From Thermoanaerobaculia bacterium (lineage in GTDB: Bacteria; Acidobacteriota; Thermoanaerobaculia; Multivoradales; Multivoraceae), in contig OY762911.1 in assembly GCA_963666565.1 (NCBI GenBank), positions 992,001-1,056,000 on the forward strand: a stretch of 64,000 nucleotides of DNA, in the 5' to 3' direction. The position numbers were made by a program, and so were the translations under genes. The notes under the pieces are model-generated. The model saw only the letters and a list, made by a program, of their open reading frames with translations. It was not told the DNA's origin and ran no database searches. Shown here piece after piece: positions 47,083-55,738 of this stretch (positions are counted from its first letter, which is position 1; the number at the start of each line of letters is the position of its first letter).

Positions 47083-49970
47083 TGAGCCGCGCCGCGGGTA
47101 CCGTCGTACCTCTGGGTGCGCGGGTCTTCCGACCCGCCTGCCGGACGGAGCCGCGGAGCGGCGTAGGCCGGCGAAGAAATGGTCGCCGGCTTCGCCGGCG
47201 GCGATTCAAAGCCGCCTTCGGCGGCAGCGGGTCAGAAGACCCGCGCACCCAGAGCACCGTCGTTGCAGTCGCCCTACTTCTTCTCCTTGTCGTCACGGCC
47301 TGCGCCCCACCTCCCGACGACGCCAGGACCAGCGCAGTCGAAGCCACCGCCCTCTGGCTGTTCGACGAACCCGCCGGCCTCTACCCGAGCCACACGCTCG
47401 ACGACATGTCGGACAACGACATGGTCCTCACTCTCGGCCTCGGCGCCCAGGTCGCTCCGGGCCGCTACGGCAACGCCCTGCTGCTCGCCCCGCTCGACCC
47501 GCCGCTCGAAGTGCCCCCGGCTGAAGAGAAGCCGGTCGAGTTCGGGATGGCTCGCCTGCCGACGCCCGAAGGACGCACCGTCGAGCCGCTGAGCTGGTTC
47601 ACCGCCCACTTCGCGGCGCTGATGACGTCCGGCGAGAACCATCTCCGTAAACAGGTCGGCCACAAGAACCCGACGACCCGCGCGCTCAACATCGGCGACT
47701 TCGACTGGACGGTCGAGTTCTGGCACTCGCCGGGCGATGCCGCCGCGCCCGCCGACGCCCCGACCACAGGAGACGCACCGGCCGCGACCGAAGGCGTCGT
47801 CTTCGAGATAGGCACCGGCCCCCGAGGCGAGAACGACGTGGTCACCCGACTCGCCTGGTCCGCCGACCGCTCCCGTTTCGTCCTCGCTAATCAGCCTGCC
47901 GGGGTCTCCGTCGACATCCCGACCGCCGCCGCCCCGACCGCCACCGCCCCGACCGCCACCGTCCCGACCGCCACCGACGTCGCCACACCCGTCGGCGACG
48001 CGACCGCCACCGGCGCGCCGGCCGCCGCCGCCGACCCAGCCGCTCCCGCATGGCGCCACTACGCCTTCACCTACGACGCCACCGCCGACCAGCTCCGCCA
48101 CTACGTCGACGGCGCTATCCAGCCCCTGCCGCCGCCCACCGCCCTCGCAGCCCTCCCCGAAGGCGACGAGGCCTACTTCGCCCTGGGCACCGACGCCCTC
48201 TGGAACCGCCGCCTCACCGGCCTCCTCGACGAGTTCCGCGTTAGCCGCGGCCTCGTCTACACGACCGACTTCGACCCGCCCGGGACCTTCGCCACCCAAC
48301 CCGCCCCCGTCGAACTCACCCAGGGCCCGCCGCTCCTCTTCGCCGCCGACTCCACCGGCGCCCCCGCCGCCAACGACTTCGCCGGCGCCTCCGCCGCCGC
48401 CTCGACCGGCGCCTCCACCGGCGCCTCCGCCAACGCCTCCGCCACCGACTCCGTCAACGCCGTCGCCGTCGCCGGCGCCACCCCCGCCCCCCTGCGCCTC
48501 GGCGCCCGCAAGCACCTGTTCATCGACGACGCCCTCCTCGCCACCACCGGCGACGCCACCTTCACCGTCAACCCGCCGCGCCGCGCCGAGCGCGTCATCG
48601 ACAACATCAAGGGCACGTTCCGCAAGCACCTCACCGTCGCCTCCGGGGACGACGGCGTGATCCGCATCTACAACTCGAGGGAAGAGGACCACCTTGCCGT
48701 CTACACCTCGACCGACGGCGTCCACTTCGACCGGCCTGACCAGGGGCGCGGCGAGATCAACGGCCACCGCAACATCGTCATCCCCGACATGGTGGGCGGC
48801 CTCGGCAATCCGTTTCGGGACCCGAACGGGCCTCCCGAGGAACGCTGGAAGTACCTCACGGACTACCAGCGGCGCGGCCTCTACCTCTACACGTCGGCCG
48901 ACGGCTACGAGTGGACGCGGCGGCGCAACATCGTCCTGCCGTTCCGGTCGGGCACCCAGAGCAGCACCTACTACGACGACCAGCGGCAGGTCTACATGTC
49001 CTACCACCGCTCCGGCATCTTCCACACGCCCGGCGGCGTGACGCAGCGCAGTTCGGTGGTCACGGAGCACGAGGACCTGCGCGCGACCCAGCCGTTCCGG
49101 CCGCTGACGCAGCAGGAGTACCTAGACCTGCGCGCCGAGTACCCGCTCCGCGACCCGCTGCCGTGGTGGGTGGACAACGGCCCGCTGACGCCGGGCGGGT
49201 TCGGCATGGAGTACCCGCACCTCTTCGACCCGACCCCCGAGGACCCGGTGGGCACCGACTTCTACCTCACCAAGGCGATGAAGTACCCCTACGCCCCGGA
49301 CACCTACCTCGCCTTCCCGGTGGGTTACTTCCACTACTACGGCGACGGCCCGGAGGCGCGCAGGGTGCTGGGCCTGGAAGAGCGCGGCCTCGGCTCCGGC
49401 CCGCTCGAATCCCAGATCGCCACGAGCCGCAACGGACTCGACTGGAAGCGCCACCCCGAGCCGGCCTACGTGGGCATCGGCCGCCACCAGGGCCGCGACG
49501 TGGTCACCGCCTACATCGGCCACGGCATGATCCGCCGCGGCGAGGAACTCTGGCAGTACTACTTCGGCGAGACGCACTACCACTCGCCCCACACGCAGGA
49601 CCCGGACGGCCGCGGCGTCTACCGGCTCGTCCAGCGCCTCGACGGCTTCATCTCGCTGGACAGTCCGTACGGGCACGAGACGACGGTCGTCACGCGGCCG
49701 CTCACGTTCGAGGGCGACCGCCTGGAACTCAACGTCGACACCGACGCCGTCGGCTACCTGCAGGTCGGCTTCCTGGACGAGCGGGGGCGGCCCATCGAGG
49801 GCTACGCGGTGGACGACTGCGTGTACGTCAACGGCGACTTCATCGCGAAGGAAGTCGACTGGCTGGAGACAGGGACCGACGTGTCGCCGCTGGCCGGCCG
49901 CACCGTGCAGGTCGTGTTCCGCATGAGAGGCGCCAAGCTCTACGCGATGGAGTTCGTGGAAGGAGGATAG
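47082..49970 (+). CDS. Lipoprotein with a LamG/ConA-like domain and a probable glycoside-hydrolase-like beta-propeller; REPIN in the n-region
   Basis: ALWLFDE, DWTVEFW, WRHYAFTYD...YVDG, GLLDEFRVS; Asp-box-like YTSTDGVHF, SADGYEW, SRNGLDW; TAATG coupling. Confidence 0.75.
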   Translation: MSRAAGTVVPLGARVFRPACRTEPRSGVGRRRNGRRLRRRRFKAAFGGSGSEDPRTQSTVVAVALLLLLVVTACAPPPDDARTSAVEATALWLFDEPAGLYPSHTLDDMSDNDMVLTLGLGAQVAPGRYGNALLLAPLDPPLEVPPAEEKPVEFGMARLPTPEGRTVEPLSWFTAHFAALMTSGENHLRKQVGHKNPTTRALNIGDFDWTVEFWHSPGDAAAPADAPTTGDAPAATEGVVFEIGTGPRGENDVVTRLAWSADRSRFVLANQPAGVSVDIPTAAAPTATAPTATVPTATDVATPVGDATATGAPAAAADPAAPAWRHYAFTYDATADQLRHYVDGAIQPLPPPTALAALPEGDEAYFALGTDALWNRRLTGLLDEFRVSRGLVYTTDFDPPGTFATQPAPVELTQGPPLLFAADSTGAPAANDFAGASAAASTGASTGASANASATDSVNAVAVAGATPAPLRLGARKHLFIDDALLATTGDATFTVNPPRRAERVIDNIKGTFRKHLTVASGDDGVIRIYNSREEDHLAVYTSTDGVHFDRPDQGRGEINGHRNIVIPDMVGGLGNPFRDPNGPPEERWKYLTDYQRRGLYLYTSADGYEWTRRRNIVLPFRSGTQSSTYYDDQRQVYMSYHRSGIFHTPGGVTQRSSVVTEHEDLRATQPFRPLTQQEYLDLRAEYPLRDPLPWWVDNGPLTPGGFGMEYPHLFDPTPEDPVGTDFYLTKAMKYPYAPDTYLAFPVGYFHYYGDGPEARRVLGLEERGLGSGPLESQIATSRNGLDWKRHPEPAYVGIGRHQGRDVVTAYIGHGMIRRGEELWQYYFGETHYHSPHTQDPDGRGVYRLVQRLDGFISLDSPYGHETTVVTRPLTFEGDRLELNVDTDAVGYLQVGFLDERGRPIEGYAVDDCVYVNGDFIAKEVDWLETGTDVSPLAGRTVQVVFRMRGAKLYAMEFVEGG
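47112..47252. repeat. REPIN (141 bp) in frame in a signal peptide
   Basis: Inverted REP-A ends. Confidence 0.93.
47919..47978 (+). repeat. Coding 15-bp tandem repeat x4 (PTAAA/PTATA/PTATV/PTATD)
   Basis: CCGACCGCCRCCGNC units. Confidence 0.8.
48384..48443 (+). repeat. Coding 12-bp tandem repeat x5 (GASA/AAST/GAST/GASA/NASA)
   Basis: nnCGCCTCsRCC units. Confidence 0.75.
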
Positions 49971-49972
49971 GA

Positions 49973-52747
49973 ATGTTCGGCAAGAGACCACACCCTGGGT
50001 GCACGTGTCGATGCACGGGTCGGTGCGCGGGTCTTCTGACCCGCATGGCCGCCGAAGGCGGCGAAGGACATCGTCGCCGGCCCTTGGCCGGCGGCCGTGT
50101 TGTCTCGGGCTGCGCCGCTTCGCGGCTGCGCCCGAAAGCGGGTCGGAAGACCCGCGCACCCAGCGCACCCATAGTCGCCCTGGCCGCTCTGCTGCCCCTG
50201 GCCGCCACCCCCACCACCGCCGCAACAGGCCCCCAAACCACCCCCATCGACCTCGACGCCTACGCCAGCGTCCTCCACGTCTCCACCACCACCGGCAACG
50301 ACACCACAGGCAACGGCGTCGCAGCCACCCCGTACGCCACCCTCACCGCCGCCCTCGCCGCCGCCGCCGCATCCGCCAACGTAACCGACACCAACCGCAC
50401 AGCCATCCTCATGGCCGCCGGCACCTACCCAACCCACAACCTCACCCTGCCCCCGAACACCGACCTCTACGGCGGCTTCAACCCCACCTCCACCGACTGG
50501 ACCCGCGACCGCGACATCCAGGTCCACCCAACCATCCTCGACGCTCAGGGCGAAGACCGCGTCCTCACCATCGCCGCCGCCTCCGGTACCGCCGCCGACG
50601 CGACCGCCCCCGTCTCCGCCGGCGCCGGCACTCCCGCCACCCCCACCAACCGCCTAGACGGCCTCCGCATCCAGGGCGGCCGGGTTCGCGCCCCCGGCGG
50701 CGGCATCCTCATCGACGGCGCCTCACCCGTCCTCACCAACAACGTCTTCACCGGCCACAGCACTCTCACCCCCGAAGGCTGGGCCCCCAAGTACCTCCAC
50801 GAAACCGCCCACGACGGCGGCGCCATCTACTGCCGCAACGGCGGCGCCCCGGAAATCCGCAACAACCTGATCGCCGAGAACGGCACCCAAACCGGCCGCG
50901 GCGGCGGCATCGCCTTCGACGGTCACTGCGACGGCCTGATCGCCGACAACGTCCTAATCGGCAACGTCGCCGGCACCGCCGACACGATGCGCAGCAGCGA
51001 CGGCGGCGGCATCTCCATCTTCAACTGGTCGTCGCCCGAGATCAGCGGCAACGTCGTCCTCGAGAACTGGGCCTTCAACAACAACGACGGCGGCGGCATC
51101 TTCGTCGCTTACTGGTCCTCGGCCAGGGTCCGCGACAACGTCATCGTCGCCAACATGGGCGGAGACGACGGGGGCGGCCTGTTCGTGGGCGGCCAGGAGC
51201 ACCGCTACGACCGGCCGTTCGACCCGATGCCGAGCGCCGGGGACTTCTTCGTCGAAGTGACCGGCAACCGCTTCTTCGGCAACTCCAACCCCTCCGGCAA
51301 CTCCGGCGCCCTGCGCATCACGATGGAGAGCCGCGGCCGGGTCGAGGGCAACGTCGCCGCGCTCAACGGCGGCTTCTACCTGCAGCGGAGCGAGCTGGAG
51401 GTCGTGGACAACACGATCCTCGAAGACACCCTGCTCATCGAGACCAAGGAGGGGCTCGAGCCCACGCGCTTCAGCAACAACATCGTTGCCGGGTCGCTGG
51501 AGAGCGACCGCACCGCGATCGTCACCGCGTCCCTGATCCGCGACGGTTCCGTGGGCGAAGGCAACGAGGCTGGACTACCCGAGTTCCTCGACGACGGCCG
51601 GGAACTCCAGGTGGTCGGCGCCTCCTGGTCCGCAGTTGGCCACCAGACCCACGTCACCGTCGCGGCGCCGCTTCCCGCCGCGGATCTCACCAACCGCGTC
51701 GTCGCCAGCAGCGGCGGCTGGGGGGTCGTCCACTCCGCCTCCGGCCGCCACCTGACCCTCTGGGGCGACCTCCGTTCCGCCACCGAGCTCCGCCTCCTGC
51801 CGACCTACCGCCAGATCGCCGATTCACCCGGCTTCGGCAAGGGCTTCGACGCCGCCCGCGCGGTCTCCGACCACGAGCCGCGGCGCGTCAACAAGTCCAT
51901 CGAACTCCTCGAGCGCGGTCAGCCCATCTACTACGACGCCTCCACCGGCGGCTACGAGGAAGGCGTGCAGATGGCCGGCACCTGGGGCGACTACATCATC
52001 TACAACGTCGAGCACGTGGCGCTCGACTTCGCGGCGCTCCGCGAGTTCATGCGCGGCCTGGTCGACGCCGGCCCCACCCCGAGCGGCCACCGGACGCCGA
52101 CCGTCATCGTCTCCCTGCCCCTGCTCGGCCTCGACGAACCGACCGTCACCGCCGGCGGCTGGATGGTCCAGCAGGCCCTAGCCCAGGGCGTCCACGGCGT
52201 CCACCTCGCCCGCGCCCGCGACCCCGAGGGCGTCAAGCGCTTCGTCCAGGCCGCCCGCTACCCGATCCACAAGCAGGCCGTCGACATCGTGGGCGAAGGC
52301 CTCCGCGGCTGGGGCAGCCACACCTTCGCCGCCTGGGTCTGGGGCCTCAGCGTCCCGGAGTACCTCCAGAAAGCCGACGTCTGGCCTCTCAACCCCGAAG
52401 GCGAGATCATGCTCGGCGTCAAGCTGGAAGACCAGCAGGCACTGGACCGGGCCGCCGAGACGCTCTCCGTCCCCGGCCTGGCCTTCGCCGAGCATGGCCC
52501 GCGGGACCTGGGCCTGTCGTATGGCTACCTGGAAGGCCGCGCCGACCCGCCGCTGCCGCCCGAGGTCGTCGCCGCCGGGGACATGGTGCTGGGGCTGACC
52601 AAGGAGCGGGGGATGTTCTTTCTGGACAATGTGCTGCCCGAGAACGTGGCGGGCCAGATCGACCGCGGCGTGATGATCGGCGCGGGCCGGCGGGAGGATT
52701 CGGCGGAGGTGGGGAGGGAGTACAGCGGGCGGAGGATGCCTTGGTAG
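49973..52747 (+). CDS. Secreted right-handed beta-helix protein fused to a C-terminal HpcH/HpaI aldolase-like domain; REPIN in the n-region
   Basis: AGGAGG-6 nt-ATG; GND...PYATL, repeated GGGI/NN motifs; VEHVALDF, WPLNPEGEIMLGVKLED, GPRDLGLSYG. Confidence 0.8.
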   Translation: MFGKRPHPGCTCRCTGRCAGLLTRMAAEGGEGHRRRPLAGGRVVSGCAASRLRPKAGRKTRAPSAPIVALAALLPLAATPTTAATGPQTTPIDLDAYASVLHVSTTTGNDTTGNGVAATPYATLTAALAAAAASANVTDTNRTAILMAAGTYPTHNLTLPPNTDLYGGFNPTSTDWTRDRDIQVHPTILDAQGEDRVLTIAAASGTAADATAPVSAGAGTPATPTNRLDGLRIQGGRVRAPGGGILIDGASPVLTNNVFTGHSTLTPEGWAPKYLHETAHDGGAIYCRNGGAPEIRNNLIAENGTQTGRGGGIAFDGHCDGLIADNVLIGNVAGTADTMRSSDGGGISIFNWSSPEISGNVVLENWAFNNNDGGGIFVAYWSSARVRDNVIVANMGGDDGGGLFVGGQEHRYDRPFDPMPSAGDFFVEVTGNRFFGNSNPSGNSGALRITMESRGRVEGNVAALNGGFYLQRSELEVVDNTILEDTLLIETKEGLEPTRFSNNIVAGSLESDRTAIVTASLIRDGSVGEGNEAGLPEFLDDGRELQVVGASWSAVGHQTHVTVAAPLPAADLTNRVVASSGGWGVVHSASGRHLTLWGDLRSATELRLLPTYRQIADSPGFGKGFDAARAVSDHEPRRVNKSIELLERGQPIYYDASTGGYEEGVQMAGTWGDYIIYNVEHVALDFAALREFMRGLVDAGPTPSGHRTPTVIVSLPLLGLDEPTVTAGGWMVQQALAQGVHGVHLARARDPEGVKRFVQAARYPIHKQAVDIVGEGLRGWGSHTFAAWVWGLSVPEYLQKADVWPLNPEGEIMLGVKLEDQQALDRAAETLSVPGLAFAEHGPRDLGLSYGYLEGRADPPLPPEVVAAGDMVLGLTKERGMFFLDNVLPENVAGQIDRGVMIGAGRREDSAEVGREYSGRRMPW
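49995..50163. repeat. REPIN with 12-bp tandem leader units, inside the 5' coding region
   Basis: Inverted REP-A ends. Confidence 0.92.
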
Positions 52748-52821
52748 CGAGTCAGAACCCTGCCCCGGTTCGCGGTCCGCTCGCCGCAGTGCGCCGTCAG
52801 GGGGCCAGCGGATAGCGGCGG

Positions 52822-52849
52822 GTCACGTCGAGAAACGCCTCCGTGTCCA
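52822..52849 (-). repeat. 28-bp direct-repeat copy of the antitoxin 3' end
   Basis: 27/28 identical to 53349-53376. Confidence 0.8.
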
Positions 52850-52883
52850 CGGGCCGCTCGAGCGGATCCGGCTGCGTCAGGGC

Positions 52884-53330
52884 TCAGGTGCCCTGGTCGC
52901 GATCCCAAGCGAGGCGGACGGCGACGAACGCGGCGGTGGTTCCGTGCTGGACGAGCCGCTCCAGGAACGCGCCGGCCGCGGCCGCGGCGTGGGCCGGGTC
53001 GCCGTAGCGGAGTTCCTCGGGCCAGGTGAAACGGTCGAGCCAGTCCAGCAGGTCCCGGCCGGGCGCGGCCAGCATCCGGTACTGGGGGAAGTGGATGTGG
53101 GCGTCGATGAAGCCCGGGAGAACCAGGGCGTCGCCGTAGTCGGTCCGGGGGAGCCGCCGGTAGCGCGCCGGCAACTCCGCGGCGTCCCCGCGGAACGCGA
53201 TGCGGCCCTCCCCGTCGACCGCGACGGCGCCCCGCGGGTGGAAGCGGACGGCGTCCGCCGGGCTCGCGGCCGCCGGATCGGCGCGGTAGGTCAGGACGGC
53301 GCCGCGGATCGTCCGCCCGCTCTGCGTCAC
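52884..53330 (-). pseudogene. guaD: Internally deleted guanine deaminase copy (148 aa)
   Basis: N-terminus matches the 35805-37127 protein up to GTTAA, then joins FVAVRLAWDRD. Confidence 0.9.
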
Positions 53331-53599
53331 CCCGGGATCAGGCGACGAGTCACGTCGAGAAACGCGTCCGTGTCCATCTCGGCCTCCAGGGCGGAGAGCT
53401 TCCCGAAGTCGTACCCGACCCTTGCGCCCATGGGACAGGTCCGTTGGACGAACGGCGGATGTTCCAGATCGCTGGCGACTCCGGCGAGGCCGCGGCGCAC
53501 GGCGTCGTTCAGGGTCTGCTTGAAGGTCTGCCCCCGCTGGCGCGTCGCCTCGCGCAGCAGCGATTCGGTATCGGCGTCGAGCGTGACGGTCGTTCGCAT
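53327..53599 (-). CDS. VapB-like (ribbon-helix-helix type) antitoxin without a toxin
   Basis: MRTTVTLDAD...FKQTLNDAVRRGL...PFVQRTCPMG, similar to the antitoxin at 61648-61893. Confidence 0.8.
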   Translation of the reverse strand: MRTTVTLDADTESLLREATRQRGQTFKQTLNDAVRRGLAGVASDLEHPPFVQRTCPMGARVGYDFGKLSALEAEMDTDAFLDVTRRLIPG

Positions 53600-53636
53600 G
53601 AAGGGGCATCGTGATGCTCGCCATGCATAATGTCAA
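53600..53636 (-). promoter_or_regulatory. Sigma70-type promoter with GCATC-AC-GATGC palindrome, probably leaderless
   Basis: TTGACA-17 nt-CACGAT-8 nt-ATG. Confidence 0.6.
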
Positions 53637-53645
53637 GGCGTCGTC

Positions 53646-54213
53646 GCCGAGGGCGTCCACGGCGTCCACCTCGCCCGCGCCCGCGACTCCGAGGGCGTCA
53701 AGCGCTTCGTCCAGGCCGCTCGCTACCCGATCCACAAGCAGGCCATCGAGATGGTCGGCGAAGGCCTCCGCGGCTGGGGCAGCCACACCTTCGCCCCCTG
53801 GGTCTGGGGCCTCAGCACCCAGGAGTACCTCCAGAAGGCCGAGGTCTGGCCGCTGAACCCCGAAGGCGAGATCATGCTCGGCGTCAAGCTGGAGGACCAG
53901 CAGGCTCTGGACCGGGCCGCCGAGACCCTCTCCGTCCCCGGCCTGGCCTTCGCCGAGCATGGCCCTCGGGACCTGGGCCTGTCGTACGGCTACCTGGAAG
54001 ACCGGGCCGACCCGCCCCTGCCGCCCGAGGTCGTCGCGGGCGGCGGCATGGTGCTGGAGTTGACGAAGGAGCGGGGGATGCTCTTCCTGAACAACGTGCT
54101 GCCGGAGAATGTGGCGGAGCAGATCGACTGCGGCGTGATGACTGGGGCAGAGCGACGGGACGATTCGGCGGAGGTGGGCAGGGGTCTACAGTGGGCGATT
54201 GACGCTTTGGTGG
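53646..54213 (+). pseudogene. Duplicated, 5'-truncated 3' end of the beta-helix/aldolase gene
   Basis: Colinear with 52181-52747; frameshift near the 3' end. Confidence 0.9.
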
Positions 54214-54233
54214 TATCTGCCGAATGTTCGGGG

Positions 54234-55534
54234 GGCTCTTCAGGGTTTCGAGTGGAACGTGAGGGAATCGGGGTAGAGGTTCAGGCCGCCGAGATGCAAG
54301 TAGATGGCGGTGCGGAACCGGTCCCTATTCCGGTAGCCGCGGGCGGTCTTCTTGAGCGACTGGATGACCGAGTTGATGCCTTCGAGGCGGGCGTTGGTGA
54401 CGCCCCGCTCGATCGCGTTCAGCACGCCGTCGAGATGAGCCTTGATCATGCGGGCGACTTCCTTCATGGGCTCGAGACGGCAGCGGATCGCCCACGAGTA
54501 CCAGCCGTCGAAGATCTCTCGCGCCTCGGGGCGGTCCCGCGTCTCCCACATCATCATCGCCAGCTCCTTCAGGTGCCAGCAACGCGCCGTCTTCAGAGTC
54601 GCGTTCACCAGGGTCTTGAAGGAGGCCGCATGCCTCTCCGGCAACCGGTCGGGGTGATACAGCCACATGTGCCGGGTGCCGGCCAGCCGGTCGTCCCCTC
54701 GCTTCCGCAACTCCCGGTGCTCCGCCACCCGCACCCGGTTGACGGCGTCGCCCAGATGAGCCGCGACATGGAACTTGTCGTACGCGAGCTTGTCGCCGCC
54801 GGCAGGCAGGCAGGACACCGTCGCCGAGATGTACGCCGGCCACATGTCCATCGCCACCGTCTCGATCCGCGAGCGCGCCGCCTCCGACAGCGACTCGTAG
54901 TACGAGGACAGAGCGTCCTTGCCCCGACCGTCCGCCACGTGGTGCACCCGCGGCTCGCCCTCGATGTCAGCCACCACCGTCACGTACTCGTGGCGCTTCT
55001 GAAACGACGTCTCGTCCACGCCCAGAACCCTCGACGCCGGCGCCGGACCGCGCCGCTCGAGCCCGCGCTTCACCGCACGCTCCATCACGCCGGATACCTG
55101 GTCCCAACTCAGGTCCAGAAGCCGAGCCACCGCCGAGACGCTCGCCGCACCCAGCCAGTCGATCGCCAGCGCCTCGAACAACGCCGTGAAACGAGAACCC
55201 GGGTCCGACCAGGGCACGCCGATCGTCAGCACTCCGTGCTCCGCGCACCGCACCCGAGGCACCTCCGCGGTCAGGATCGTCCGGTACTGGCACGTCGGCA
55301 GATGCCGCCAGCGCCGACGACGCGAATCGTGCCGGCTCGCAGCGCCGCCGCACTTCGGACAACGATAGGACTCGCCGTCGCCACGAGCCACCAGAACCTC
55401 CACCTCGCCGGACTCAAGCCGCAACTCGACGTCCGTCACCTTCCAGGGACTCTCGATGCCGAGAATCCGACCGTACAAGTCTGTGTCGCGCATCGCGCCA
55501 CACTACGCGATTCCACCATCAACCCTGAAGAGCC
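54234..55534 (-). mobile_element. ISL3-family insertion sequence (1301 bp)
   Basis: Terminal IRs GGCTCTTCAGGGTT....GTGGAA; exact 8-bp target duplication GTTCGGGG at 54226-54233 and 55535-55542. Confidence 0.95.
54240..55493 (-). CDS. ISL3-family transposase
   Basis: Zn finger CPKCG...C, SRFTALFE, GVDETSF, AMDMW, YDKFHV, TNARLEGINS, ARGYRN. Confidence 0.96.
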   Translation of the reverse strand: MRDTDLYGRILGIESPWKVTDVELRLESGEVEVLVARGDGESYRCPKCGGAASRHDSRRRRWRHLPTCQYRTILTAEVPRVRCAEHGVLTIGVPWSDPGSRFTALFEALAIDWLGAASVSAVARLLDLSWDQVSGVMERAVKRGLERRGPAPASRVLGVDETSFQKRHEYVTVVADIEGEPRVHHVADGRGKDALSSYYESLSEAARSRIETVAMDMWPAYISATVSCLPAGGDKLAYDKFHVAAHLGDAVNRVRVAEHRELRKRGDDRLAGTRHMWLYHPDRLPERHAASFKTLVNATLKTARCWHLKELAMMMWETRDRPEAREIFDGWYSWAIRCRLEPMKEVARMIKAHLDGVLNAIERGVTNARLEGINSVIQSLKKTARGYRNRDRFRTAIYLHLGGLNLYPDSLTFHSKP

Positions 55535-55738
55535 GTTCGGGGATGGCAGGTCGGAGCGCGTTGACTTGGTGCCTCGCGCCAGCGTCCAATCGGACGGCTT
55601 CTCGGTCCGACCGACCGAAGCCCAATGCGGCAAAGGCCAATCGACGCCACTTTAGCGGCCTTCCGCTCTGTCATCCGTTCAACCAAAGCCGCAGTTGCCG
55701 AACCTTGCCCATGGCCGCTCCGTGCCGTCCCTTGCAGT

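Noticed and set aside
48911-49972. Upstream part of the 1278-aa ORF
   Set aside because: Off-frame overlap with the LamG gene; the AGGAGG RBS supports a start at 49973.
52181-54213. Diversity-generating retroelement template/variable repeat pair
   Set aside because: No reverse transcriptase in the window, and the differences include indels and are not confined to adenines.
53751-55655. 634-aa ORF as a real fusion protein
   Set aside because: It is the truncated aldolase duplicate reading into the antisense strand of the ISL3 transposase.
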